This document shows, piece after piece, positions 24,513-37,631 of a DNA stretch of 64,000 nt. The position numbers and the translations under genes were made by a program. The stretch is taken from positions 84,444,001-84,508,000 of the forward strand of contig OZ024742.1 of the NCBI GenBank assembly GCA_964016885.1, written 5' to 3'. The DNA is from Eledone cirrhosa (Eukaryota). The notes under the pieces were generated by a model, which was given only the letters and a program-made list of their open reading frames with translations, did not search any database and was not told where the DNA came from. Positions within the stretch are counted from its first letter, which is position 1. Each line of letters begins with the position of its first letter.

Positions 24513-27044
24513 GAAAGAAAAGGTTCATAACATACATGCCCCATGGATAGACAGACAAATGAAAGATACAGCTCACCTTGAGGAACAAACATGGGAAAAT
24601 ATAACAGTTGAACAGTTGCGCTTGGCTCTAAGAAAAACCAGCAAATAGAAATCCCCAGGAAAAGACAAAATACAAAACTTTTGGATAAATGCCTTCACAG
24701 AGTCTCATGAGCTGTTAGCCCAACTTTACAATGAAATAATTAAGGAGCCAGAAAAGATACCTTCATGGCTAGTTAACGGCATTACATTCCTGCTTCCGAA
24801 GAATGATGAGACAAACAATCCCAAAAATTACAGACCGATAACTTGCTTGACCACAATGTATAAAATTTTAACATCAGTCCTAACTAAATACACATATGAC
24901 CACCTGATAACAAATGACCTATTTCCCATTGAGCAGAAAGGGTGTAAACGAGGCCCATATGGCTGTAAGGATCAGCTTCTGGTTAACAAAATGATACTGG
25001 AAGATTGTCATAATAGACACAAAAATCTATCGATTGCTTGGATAGGTTATAAAAAAGCATTTGATAGTTTGCCACACAGTTGGATTGAAAAATGTTTAGA
25101 GATTTTCAAAATATCCCCCGTTGTCAGGAGGTTTTTGTCATTCAGTATGAAGACATGGAAAACGACACTCCTTTTGAATAGTGAAACAAAATCACTGGAA
25201 GCTGGAGAAGTTAATATTAATTGTGGAATTTTTCAGGGTGACTCTTTATGACCGCTTTTATTCTGCATCGCACTTATACCATTAAGTAAAATGCTCAATG
25301 AAACAAAACATGGATATAAAGTCTATGACAAAACCATTAATCACCTGTTCTACATGGATGACCTGAAACTATTTGCAAAAAATGATGAACAATTGCAAGG
25401 GCTATTATCCACTGTGAAGCAGTTCAGTGATGACATTAACATGGAGTTTGGACTAGATAAATGCGCCAAAGCAACGTTCACCAGAGGAAAGCTGCTGAAG
25501 AGTTCAGACATTAATCTTGATCGGGGGAACGTGATAAGAGAACTTGATCAAGAAAAAACTTACAAATATCTAGGTGTTTGTGAAGGAGACGGAATCAAGC
25601 ACTCGACAATGAGGGAAATGATAAGGAAGGAATGTTACCGCAGAGTAAGAGCAATCTTAAGAACGGAATTGAATGCAAGGAATAGGATCGATGCCATAAA
25701 CACGCTTGCCATACCAGTAGTAACCTACAGTTACAATGTCATCAACTGATCAAGCACAGAGATCCGTAGGCTCGATACAAAAATTCGAAAATTCTTAACC
25801 ATGCACAGAATGCATCACCCTAAGGCAGATATAGATAGAATATATCTCCCTAGGAAAGAAGGAGGACGTGGGTTAATCCAGTTAGACATTGTGTTGAAAA
25901 CTGCAACAATTGGATTATCTACATATCTAAGGGAATCACATAATTGGATGATCAAACTCGTTTTGAAACACGAAAGCATCAAAAGGTCATATTCCATTAC
26001 AAAAGATGCACAAAGATACAGTAATGGACTACAAATTTCAGAAGTCCCATTTACTGCTGAAATGGAAAACACAGAAAAAGCAAAGCAGGTAAAAGTAACT
26101 GCAAAGAAAGAACTGCTACAGAAACTGGCTAAGAAATGGCAAGGAAAGCCTCTGTATGGAAAATACCCAGAGCGAGATAACAATCCTGATGTTGACAAAA
26201 CTTTAACCCATCAGTGGTTGGCATCCTCTGGAATGAAATCGGAGACTGAAGGACTGATTATATCGGCACAAGATCAGTGTCTGCCAACAAAAAATTATCA
26301 AGCCAACATAATAAAAAATGGGTGCAGCCCATTATGCCGTGTATGCAAAAAACAACCAGAGACCATTGACCAATTAATTTCAATGTGCAGTCCTATAGCT
26401 CCAACCGAATACCTAAACAGGCATGACAGAGCTGCACAATACATACATTGGATAATGTGTAAGCATTTTGACCTGCCCCATCAAAAGAATTGGTGGGAGC
26501 ATCAACCACCTCCCATACTTGAAAAAGATCACATCTCAATCTTGTGGAACTTTAGCATCCAAACAGACCGAAAAATAGATGCATACAGACCTGATATAAT
26601 ATTGAAAGACTTTCAAAAGAGGGTATGCCTGCTAATTGATATGTCTGTTCCAATAGACAAGAATGTATCTATAAAAACATTTGAAAAATTGAGCAAGTAT
26701 AAGGACCTGGAGATAGAAATTGGAAAAATGTGGAAATTGAGAACTAAAACAATACCAGTGGTTGTAGGCGCTCTGGGAATGATACCTAAGGGGTCTAATG
26801 ATTACTTATCGCAAATCCCAGGAAACCCGCGTATAGGAGAAATACAAAAGATAGTACTAATGGGAACTGCCCATATACTAAGGAAGATTCTGTCAATATA
26901 AGTACATCACAAGTCTAAACACTAAAGATGCATGTGTGAATATGTATGTTCTTTCTTGAACATGGCGGACCTTGTTGTCTCTTGAGGTCACTGGTTGTGA
27001 CTTGGTGATAACTCGTATGAACATAAAGCAAGATAAATGCAACT

Positions 27045-27045
<1 letters not shown>
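24512..27045 (+). mobile_element. Dong/R4-type RLE LINE family B, 5'-truncated
   Basis: EQKGC, KKAFDS, GIFQGDSL, YMDD, GGRGL, CRVC, RHD, RPDII, DMSVP, KYKDL; (TAA)n on both sides. Confidence 0.93.
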
Positions 27046-27077
<32 letters not shown>

Positions 27078-27080
<3 letters not shown>

Positions 27081-27988
27081 TCTTTATTAACCACAAGGGT
27101 TTACATAAAGTAGACATCAAGGACAGTACAGGACAATGCAGGACGGTACAAACGGGCATTTTTGCGTGTAAAAAACAAAATCAGAGGATGTAACAAAAAA
27201 GGAACAATGAAAAACTCCCCAATAGGGGGGAGACTTCCGAGGGCCATTGTGGAGAAAGCCCATTAAAAAAAGCCACGGTGACCCTGACCACCAGGACAAG
27301 TGCTCTCTCCCAGTTTTCCACCTTCAATTTACAGGCACATACTCAGAGTAGGCCCATTCTCTCGGGCCATTCTTTCCTCTCTCACCCATCTTTCAACAAA
27401 GCTGGGAAGAGAGCACTTCCCTCTCTACCCTGATTTTCCTTTTCAAATGAAATTTGAAAAAGTTAATCAGGGCATCACCGAAGAGGTAAGTGCTCGTCTT
27501 CAGCCCTTTGAGACGCGTCCACCATACTATCTCTTTCGCCATGGCCACCACACAGATAACAATTGCCTGCCCTTCCCGGCTAAAGGAAGAGGGCGGGGCA
27601 ATCCTCACAAGGACTCAGCTGATAGCCGGATCCGTTCTACACGCGACAGCGGGTGTTTAACATAAACCCACAAGGCAGCAATGCTCGGACACTGGATGAG
27701 TGCGTGCAGGACGGTTTCGTCACCCGGTGCGCATCTCGAACATGCCCGGTTGACGGTATTTCCATGCCTGTAGGGTTTATCCCGAACTGGCAAAACTCCT
27801 CTATAGCACTGCCAGGCCAGGAATTTCTGGAAATTGTCCATAGTCCCCGGCCCGAAAGTTCTTCCGAAGAGATCGGCTAGTTGATTTTCGTCGACGCCTA
27901 GAGTTCCCCAAGTACGTCGTCGCTCTTCCCCTCCACTAATCCTCTATAGAACGCCAAGGTGGAGTTTCCACCGATCACATTGCACGAC
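27078..27988 (-). mobile_element. Tx1/L1-clade LINE 3' end (C-terminal cysteine-rich domain and 3' UTR)
   Basis: W.CYRGVLPV...CSRC...ETVLHALIQCP; 3' end TTAATAAAGAAAG runs into (TAT)n. Confidence 0.82.
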
Positions 27989-27990
27989 TG

Positions 27991-28120
27991 AATTGTTCCT
28001 ACTTTTGGCACAAGGCCAGCAATTACTGGTGCATTACTGGTACTATATTTTATTGATCACCATGAGGATGAAAGGCAAAGTTAATCTGGGCGGGATCTGA
28101 AATCAGAACATAAAGGGCCA
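27991..28120 (-). mobile_element. SINE, partial (3' part)
   Basis: ctacttttggcacaaggccagcaatt...gatgaaaggcaaagtt matches the other copies. Confidence 0.8.
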
Positions 28121-28267
28121 TATTGGTCAATAAGTCGATATTTCTATATATCGTTCTATTTACAATATATATACACACACATTTATATATAGATACTTAC
28201 ACGTCATGTATATATATATATGACGTGTAAGTATGTTTTGAAACAGTGAGCAGGTTTGAAATTAGAA

Positions 28268-28459
28268 AATAGAATAGCTTTCACCGTATTTTTGACTAAA
28301 GAAATTTTAGCCTGATAATGGGATTTAGAACCCTCAGATAAATGGAAAAATATGAGTATTGATGTACATCAATATTCATCTTTTTCCATTTATCTGAGGG
28401 TTCTAAACCCCATTATCAGGTTAAAATTTCTTTAGTAAAAAATACGGCGAAAGCTATTC

Positions 28460-28463
<4 letters not shown>
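28268..28463. repeat. Imperfect palindrome, ~98-bp arms, no spacer
   Basis: Arms pair around the centre gatgt|acatc (28365/28366). Confidence 0.9.
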
Positions 28464-28530
<67 letters not shown>

Positions 28531-28537
<7 letters not shown>

Positions 28538-28748
28538 TAAAATAACAGATTAAAGTTTAAGCAAAGAATCGCTGCTTTCACCCTTAACGGGATCTTCTGA
28601 AGATCCCGTTAAGGGTGAAAGCAGCGATTCTTTGCTTAAACTTTAATCTGTTATTTTAATAAATATTTGCTCTACGGTTCTTATATATTCGATATATATT
28701 TTCCTTATCGAGCCCTCTTTGGATTTTAGTCTTCAATTTTATTATTAT

Positions 28749-28751
<3 letters not shown>
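28531..28751. mobile_element. Perfect 67-bp-arm palindrome plus 86-bp one-sided tail; collapsed form of the 51707-52568 element
   Basis: 28531-28597 is the exact reverse complement of 28599-28665; tail matches 52483-52568; flanked by (TA)n. Confidence 0.88.
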
Positions 28752-29622
<871 letters not shown>

Positions 29623-29934
29623 TTAACTCCTGAAAACTTCCTTGTAGAGTGCAGTTAATCTATTGTAAAACTATATTCATTGAGTGATCAATGAACCATA
29701 TTAATGTTTGGTTATATATATACTGTAGTAAAAGTTTGGTAGGAAATATTCAAGAGTAACAGCACTTTCGCGAAACAGTTGTAACACGCAATAAACTGAG
29801 TCCAGATGCATCACTGATTTTTCGTTTTTTTATACTATTCACACTCTGCTCTGTATGAATATTGAGTGCTAATTTTGGCATACCGCCTATGGAAGCACCA
29901 TAGCTACCATTATACACACGTATAATGGTAGCTA

Positions 29935-30124
29935 TGGTGGTAGATTGGCAGTATCGGTAGAGTGTCGGACGCCATGCTTTCCAGCATAGTTACGTCCCTT
30001 TACGATCTGAGTTCAAATCCCGCCGAGGTTGACTTAGCCTTACATCCTTACGAGGTCGATAAAATAAAGTACCAGTAATGCACTGGGTAATTGCTGGCCT
30101 TGTGCCTAAAGTAGAAACAATTAT
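29935..30124 (+). mobile_element. Full-length tRNA-derived SINE
   Basis: A-box-like TGGCAGTATCGGTAG, B box GAGTTCAAATC, 3' end GTAGAAACAATTAT. Confidence 0.88.
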
Positions 30125-30268
30125 ACACACGTATATATATATATATGTATATATATATATAATTAATACATCTACCAACATATGCGTACAGATGTACACT
30201 AATACTAGTAAATATATAAGTTATGTCAAAGTACCTAGGTGGTTCAATGCAGGGGGATGCAGAACAAT

Positions 30269-30384
30269 TATATGAAAGACGTAAAATAAGAAAATTTTAA
30301 AAATTAAAATTTAACTTACTGAAAATTTAGTAAGTAAGTTAAATTTTAATTTTAAAAATGTTCTTATTTTACGTCTTTCATATA
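30269..30384. repeat. AT-rich hairpin, ~52-bp arms
   Basis: tatatgaaagacgtaaaataagaa... / ...ttcttattttacgtctttcatata. Confidence 0.85.
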
Positions 30385-30403
30385 TATATATATATATATA
30401 TAT

Positions 30404-30865
<462 letters not shown>

Positions 30866-31499
30866 AACTAACAAGACTTAACACGTCCTAGAGACTGAGT
30901 GTTCTTATCCTTGATGAATATTTCCTACCAAACTTTTACTACAGTATTACTTTTACTACGAGTTAAGTCTTGTTAGTTAGACCAGTGATATATACAGGTA
31001 GTTAAATTTCGTTGGGTTATGCACCCCAAATCATTCAGATTGTTGTTGAATATAATTTCTTAAAAAAAAAAATTACATTCAACCATCTGAGGCGATCTTT
31101 GTTTTTATAAGGGGCTGAATGAGTTGGGGTGCATAACCCAACGAAAGTAAATTACCTGTGTATGTAACTGTTGTAACTAATTATATATATATATATACCC
31201 CAAATACTCAACCTATATTAACAACATTGTCTCTTGGGTGTTTTCTTTTCTTCGAGTGTGAAAGTCTTTTAAAAAGCGAAATTGAAATATTATCAAATAT
31301 ATAGATAAGTTGAGTAATAAAAGAATAATAAGTGAGGTAATGTCGTAAGTAAAATTGTAATATCCTAGAAAAAATATATTCCAGAAGAGAATAAAGATAG
31401 TTTTTATAATATCCTTGGGGGTTTAAAAAAGAAAATATTTTTAGTTTGGAGAGGTGGCTCCACAGGGAGATACCAATGTCCGTGAGTGGGATCCATGGT

Positions 31500-32290
31500 A
31501 ATAGAGGTCCTTTAATCAAGCAAAGATGAATGTAGGATTGAAGCAGTTGATAGATTTATGTAGCTTTTTGTATGTTACATCCTTTGACTGCACATAATTG
31601 GCATGATATCTAGTCATTTGCATTGGGTCGGGGTCTTTCAGGAATCGTTCCTTTCATAGCGAAAAGTGTGATACTGTTTTTACGTATTCATTACTTTGAG
31701 GATTAGTTCTTGCCCTTTTACCCGAATATCTGAAGGACGTCTCTTGTTTTAGGAATCGGACTTTATGTTGGCTTTCCGATATTCCAACAAAGCTTTCAAG
31801 CTCTTGTTGATTTAATTGGGTAAAATGAACTTCGTTCTCATACATTACAGCTTTCTACATGTACACCGGTATTGCTAATTTTGATTGTATGGATGTTGAA
31901 ACTCTGTCTCTATTTGTGGCCTACAGAGATATGTTTATATATGAGAGCTAGCAATCTCTTTCCGTCGCTGGTCTTAACGTTCAGGGTGATGGGGGATGGG
32001 TACTATACAAAATTACTGGCTCTATTATTCTTATTTCTAGTTCTACTGTGTTTCTCATGGAATAAAACACTCTCTGTTATCACTGTTGCCAAGGAAGCTA
32101 TTACATAAGGGGGCTGCCCCATCGAAGATGTCTCTATTAATCGATAGTTTAAACATACGCTTTATTATGTTCGCTTTCAAATCCTTGAAGTCTATGTTTG
32201 AGAGTTATGAGCTTCTGTTGATAAATCTAAGCTGTTCATTGGGTTTGTGGTACGACGTATACGTATTTGTATGTAGGTTTAATACAGCCA
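31500..32290 (-). mobile_element. Degraded Naiad-type PLE (RT thumb + GIY-YIG)
   Basis: YHKPNEQLRFIN...IIKRMFKLSINRDIFD; FVGISE...KVRF...SFR; CQLC. Confidence 0.7.
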
Positions 32291-35200
32291 CCACCTAATT
32301 AACTCTAGTGATATTTATATATGAGGTAATTATTAGGTGAAGGTTGTTGAAAGGGGCTATACGGTATTTGACTAGAGTTATCGAGAACATGGCCGCTTGG
32401 AAGCCATGTGTGGACACATAGAGAAGTAGAAGAGAAAGAGAGAAAAGAAAAGAAAAAGAGAGAAATATGGCATTGAACTTGAAGCAATGGTTATACGAAA
32501 CAATGGTTATTTTACGAATGAAAGATTTTACACTTGATCATGTATCACGTTTGCTGGAATCGTCTTTCAATAATTGAAGGATAATGACTGAAATAAAATT
32601 CGATTTTTCGTTATATATTTTCCTCGTTTTTATGCTCATCCCCTTTGCATCAAGCCATCGTCCTTATATACGATCTGAGTTATCTAATACGTGTATGAGT
32701 TACATAATAAGTGGTTAGGAACATACTAATAATAAAGGCTTTCAAAATGATTTTACGGATTTCATCAGCTGTCTTTATACAAAATTCTAGTTATTGATTA
32801 TTGTAGCCTAGCATTTTTGTTAGATTCTGTTTTGTTTGTTTCATTATGCTTTGCTTGCTAATCTATTAGGTTAAACATCACCAAATAAAAATAAATGTCA
32901 TTAATTTCTTGAGGAATTAATAATTATAGCAAAGTCTTTGAAATGCATTTCTTGATCTAATCTTCTTTATTGCAATAATTAAACAAAGTAATGCTTGAAT
33001 CATGTATGAAACTTTTAGTTGGCTCTGCTACTTATGACTGTTGACCTTTGCTGACACACTTAAATTTATTTTGCACTTAATGCAGTATACACTCGATTGA
33101 AACTTATTAAACTGAAATGAAGCCATTTGACTGGCGGATAAAAAGGAGAAAGTTATGAATATATCACAGTAGTTCTATTATATTTCATCTTCCTTTGACC
33201 AGTGAAGCGTTGCTTTATCGATAGTGGATGTAATTGCTTGCAGAATCACATTTCTCTCTGTGATCTTCTTTTGCTGACTAATTTTCCTTCCAATATTGGC
33301 AAATAGAAGAAGCAACTGCACAACATTCAAAGAAATATAATCAATTAAATATCAAATAGCAAGTCTATCTGAGATGATTATTGTTTCTTCCTTTAACATG
33401 AATGTGGTTGGATAAAACATCTAACACTAGTAACCCCGACTCAATATATTGGAATAAAGCACAACGTAAAAGTGGATATGATTAACGACGTGTCTCACAA
33501 ACTATTTAGCATTATTTTCTGAATATTTTTTCACAATTATATATAGCATTTGTAAAGACAATCTATGGAATGATATATGTAGAAACTTAGATGTGTGTGG
33601 AATTGTGTAGATCTAACGGCGTTAGAGTCCATTGTCAATTCTCAACAGAATTCTGGATGCAGAACCATAATCGACAAATGTTAGAGCATAGACTCATAAT
33701 CACCAGAGAACGGAGTAGATGGTGTAGGGATTTGCATAGCCATATTGACTTCAAATTTTCTGGCTAAATTGAGTAAAGGCATGCCATTAAACATTACGGA
33801 CACCAGTTTCAACCACAACATTCACTCATCGTGTAATGCATGACATGAAGAAATGGTAACATGCAAGTAAACTAATATATGTTTCGGTCAGAACTGACCA
33901 ATGTCATATCTAACTTTATGTCCCATTTTGGGACAATGTAACTCACAAAAGTTTATAAGATCTTGTTCACTATTCATGATTGTAAGTACAATGTTGAAAA
34001 TAGTATGGCCATTTGAGAGGGTATACCCAATTTGTACGGCGAGTCATATTGACTTTATTTTTCGTGTCGAAGCTGAAATTTAAATTGTTGTCGACAATTA
34101 CACATAAATCTTATGTTATCAGATCCTCTTAGACATCATGATGAATGAGAATATGGTTGTTAAAGCACATTGATTTCCAAAGCATATGAGCTCAATAATT
34201 CTTCCATTAACAGAATATTATTTTATTTCACCAATTGAACTGTCATATTTAGCCTATATTGACATTTCCCATCACGGGTATGTAAACTGTGAAGCAAAGT
34301 GTGCCAAACACATTTTTGGGGGTGACCTTTGTGAGACTTCATTCGAGTCGAATGAGCCTAACGTGTTGGGTTTGGCTCAGAGAGAAACACTTAACGAGTG
34401 AAGTAGTTTTCAGATATTCCAGGTTTTGGTTGATATTCCCAACATAATACTCCGTTCGACACTGTCGACAGATTTTCTTTAGACTGGGTGGATAATAACT
34501 TGCTTTGAAACCCCTGCCGAATCATGTAAAATTAGTCTAGAATCCATGTAAAGCAGTGCCGAAAAGTATGTCTAGGTTGATATGGGGGGAGTTATTTTGC
34601 TTTGTATTACGTAAGTGAACTTCAAAAGAATCAATTAAAACAGAGCGGTATTTAATCTGTAGAATTTACTCCATGCATTTGATATGATAGTAGAGAATAT
34701 CATCAATCAACTGTCTAATATGTGTTCTGTTTTATTTCTGAAATGAATGTAGCACATGCGCACTTTGTAATATTATCAGAATGGTCTAGCCTCGTTTTCC
34801 GGTTTTAGGGAAGATAATCGATCTTTAGAAATAGGTATTATCATTGATAGGTCTATTACAGGTTAAAGACATTTCGATCATCAAACGTGCTGTTGAAATA
34901 TTTTAAACTCAAAGGTAATGACTAAACAGGGAAGCGCAACGTACCACACATTACAGCGAATCTAGAATAATTTCACAATATAATGCTGAGAAACATTACA
35001 GTAGATTTACGAGAAAGTGCTTAGCTGTACATCAAAGGTTGACAGAAGAACTAAGCTGCTGAAATAATCATACATGATTTAATCAAGTCATTGCCAGCCG
35101 CAATCGATGTTCCCATATCGACACCATTCAAGACAGGTAGTGTTGGTCTGTGCAAACATGTCTCTATATAGCCAGTTTGCATATGAATATCATCAGCTAC

Positions 35201-35498
35201 ATTATGTAATCCCTCAATAGCTGCATTGAAAAGCAGCTCTGGCAATAAAACCAACAAGAGTTGGATACATGCAAATTTGCTAAAGTGTTTGTAAATTTGC
35301 TAATTTGCTTGTGTCATTAGAAGCCAACTATATGCTAGCGTATTCATTGATTACGCAAATATATTCAACCAACTACTTATTAAGAATGGCATAGATACCT
35401 TAACTTAATGTTCATCTGATAGTCTAAAGTATACAGTAAGATACTAAGATGCCTATATAAGGTTAGATTTATTTTGATTAGAAGTGAAATTTTATTAT

Positions 35499-35594
<96 letters not shown>

Positions 35595-35606
35595 ATATAT
35601 ATATAT

Positions 35607-35658
<52 letters not shown>

Positions 35659-36131
35659 GTATATTATGTGTGTGTGTGTGCGTGTGTGTGAGTGTGTGTA
35701 TGTGTGTGTCTGTGTGTGTGGTGTGTATGTGTGTGTGTGTATTTTATTAAGATTGAATTAGAAAGTAATTTCGTTAACCGAAATATAATGTCATGTTCAA
35801 AGTGCTCCCTTGTCTCCTATATTCGTATTCGTGTTCACCAGAGAAATATATGAATAATAAAAAAAACTACAGTGAAGAATACCAAACCCATAATATAAAC
35901 TGAATAAAATATCTAATGGGTTTAGTGTAATAGGATTAATGTTGCGACATCAGCTAATATTAGGAAAACAAATGCGTGCGCGCGTGTACACATGCATACA
36001 CACACACATATACAAAAACGTAAAAAAGCAGACTCATATACTAATTCATACACGTGAGGAATATCTATATATCTATCTATCTATATATGTATGTATCTAT
36101 CTATCTCGCTATCCGTTTCTCTCTCTCTTTC

Positions 36132-36168
<37 letters not shown>

Positions 36169-36361
36169 CTAAATCTACCAAAATACACGGTAGTGTCCAA
36201 TCCGTATGAAGAACTCAATGTAATCCCAATATAGAAGATATCATAAAAAGAGAAGATGCATTCAAAAATTTACGATAAATGTCATAGGAAAACAGAGTCG
36301 AGATAAATTAATAAAAATAATGAAATAAAAACAAAGAACAAGTTCCTTATATACAAAAAAT

Positions 36362-36500
36362 TCATCATTTTACGATCGTTTCTGGGATGTATATGTGTGT
36401 TGGTATGTATATCATGTTTAACACCTATGTAAAACTATTACAAATTATCAGAGAAAATATACATACCCTCACATATACATGCCGTCCTCAGAAATGATGA
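36362..36500 (-). ncRNA. Type I hammerhead ribozyme with ~100-nt extended stem II
   Basis: Stem I UCAUCAUUU/AAAUGAUGA (9 bp); CUGAGGA (36485-36491); GAAA (36379-36382); palindromic ACGAUCGU stem III; GUA site. Confidence 0.8.
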
Positions 36501-37203
36501 GATGTGTTTATTGAAAAAAACAAAGAATTGATATAAAGAGTCTGCTTGGGAACAGGTTTTGAATTGACCAATAGAAATGATTTAGAGGTCAAGTTGATAG
36601 AATAACAGTAGTAGAAATTAAATCTAGGAGTGGAGGAGAGCAGATTAATGCTTTGAATGAAAAGAATATAATGGGGAGGAGAAAATGAGGTAAAGTCAAG
36701 AAGATAGTGAAGTGTACACGAACATTTGATGTTATTAAAGAATGGTGTTAAAAACGAAGGAAAACAATGGGGGGGGGGGGGGGGTAAGGGTATTAGTGAG
36801 AAATACCAATCGCATTTAAACTACAAGGAATCTAGATACATAACAGGAAATTAAATTAATTGATAGGTATACTTATAGGGATACAATTATATGAATTAAA
36901 GCAATAAAAAAAATATATATGGAAAAACTGAGACAGATAAAAAATATTATAAAGAGTATTGTATCTATACGAACATTGAGGATATTAAAGATATTAATTA
37001 TAATTAATAATCATAGGTATTTAATGTGATAAATAGGGAATGCGATTAAATGAAGTAGTGAGGTTAAAAACAATTTTAGGAAAAGAGAGCTGTAAGAGGG
37101 AAATAAAATTATGAAATTCTCTGTAGTAAAATACTAATTATAGGTTAACTAAATAAAAAAAAACAGTTATAATAATTTGTAAAATATAAGAGTAAGGTAT
37201 ATA

Positions 37204-37630
37204 TTAATTAGGTTTATAATATTTGAAGGTTTTTCTAATTCTATGATTGCAAGATATAAATAACTCCTGTCGCTTATTTAGTAGGATATCCTTAGATTTC
37301 ATGATTTCAAAAAGTTCTTGGGAGCATAACCTACACTCGTATCTGCCATTTTGATAAGGGGTGGCCCTTTTAATCACGCTCCAGGTCAGGTTATAATCAA
37401 TGTTCTTCTTTCTATAATTATTAATTGTTTCGGCCAAGGATGTTGTATTAGCTAATGCGGCATTTTAAAACTATGTTTGTGGGTATTAAATCTTACTTTA
37501 AATTGGTTAGACGTAGCTTCTATATATGAATGAGTGGAATGCTTAGTGCTAATTTTACATTTATAGACTATGTTATTAATAAGACAATTTCCCTTTAATG
37601 GGCAATTTCTTTTGATTCTAAAGTTACAAC
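37204..37630 (-). mobile_element. Naiad-type PLE GIY-YIG 3' fragment (3' region extends to the HHR at ~36360)
   Basis: CPLKGNCL...VYKC upstream; W.VI..A.PY...CRLCSQE...LNKRQELFISCNH. Confidence 0.85.
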
Positions 37631-37631
37631 C

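Noticed and set aside
29935-30030. A/B boxes as a tRNA gene
   Set aside because: No cloverleaf; multiple dispersed copies share a non-tRNA body and tail, so it is a SINE
32600-35470. Non-repetitive stretch with short ORFs (also ~7600-10300, 14100-15500, 56760-58080)
   Set aside because: No recognisable domain, splice pattern or structure by eye; needs database search
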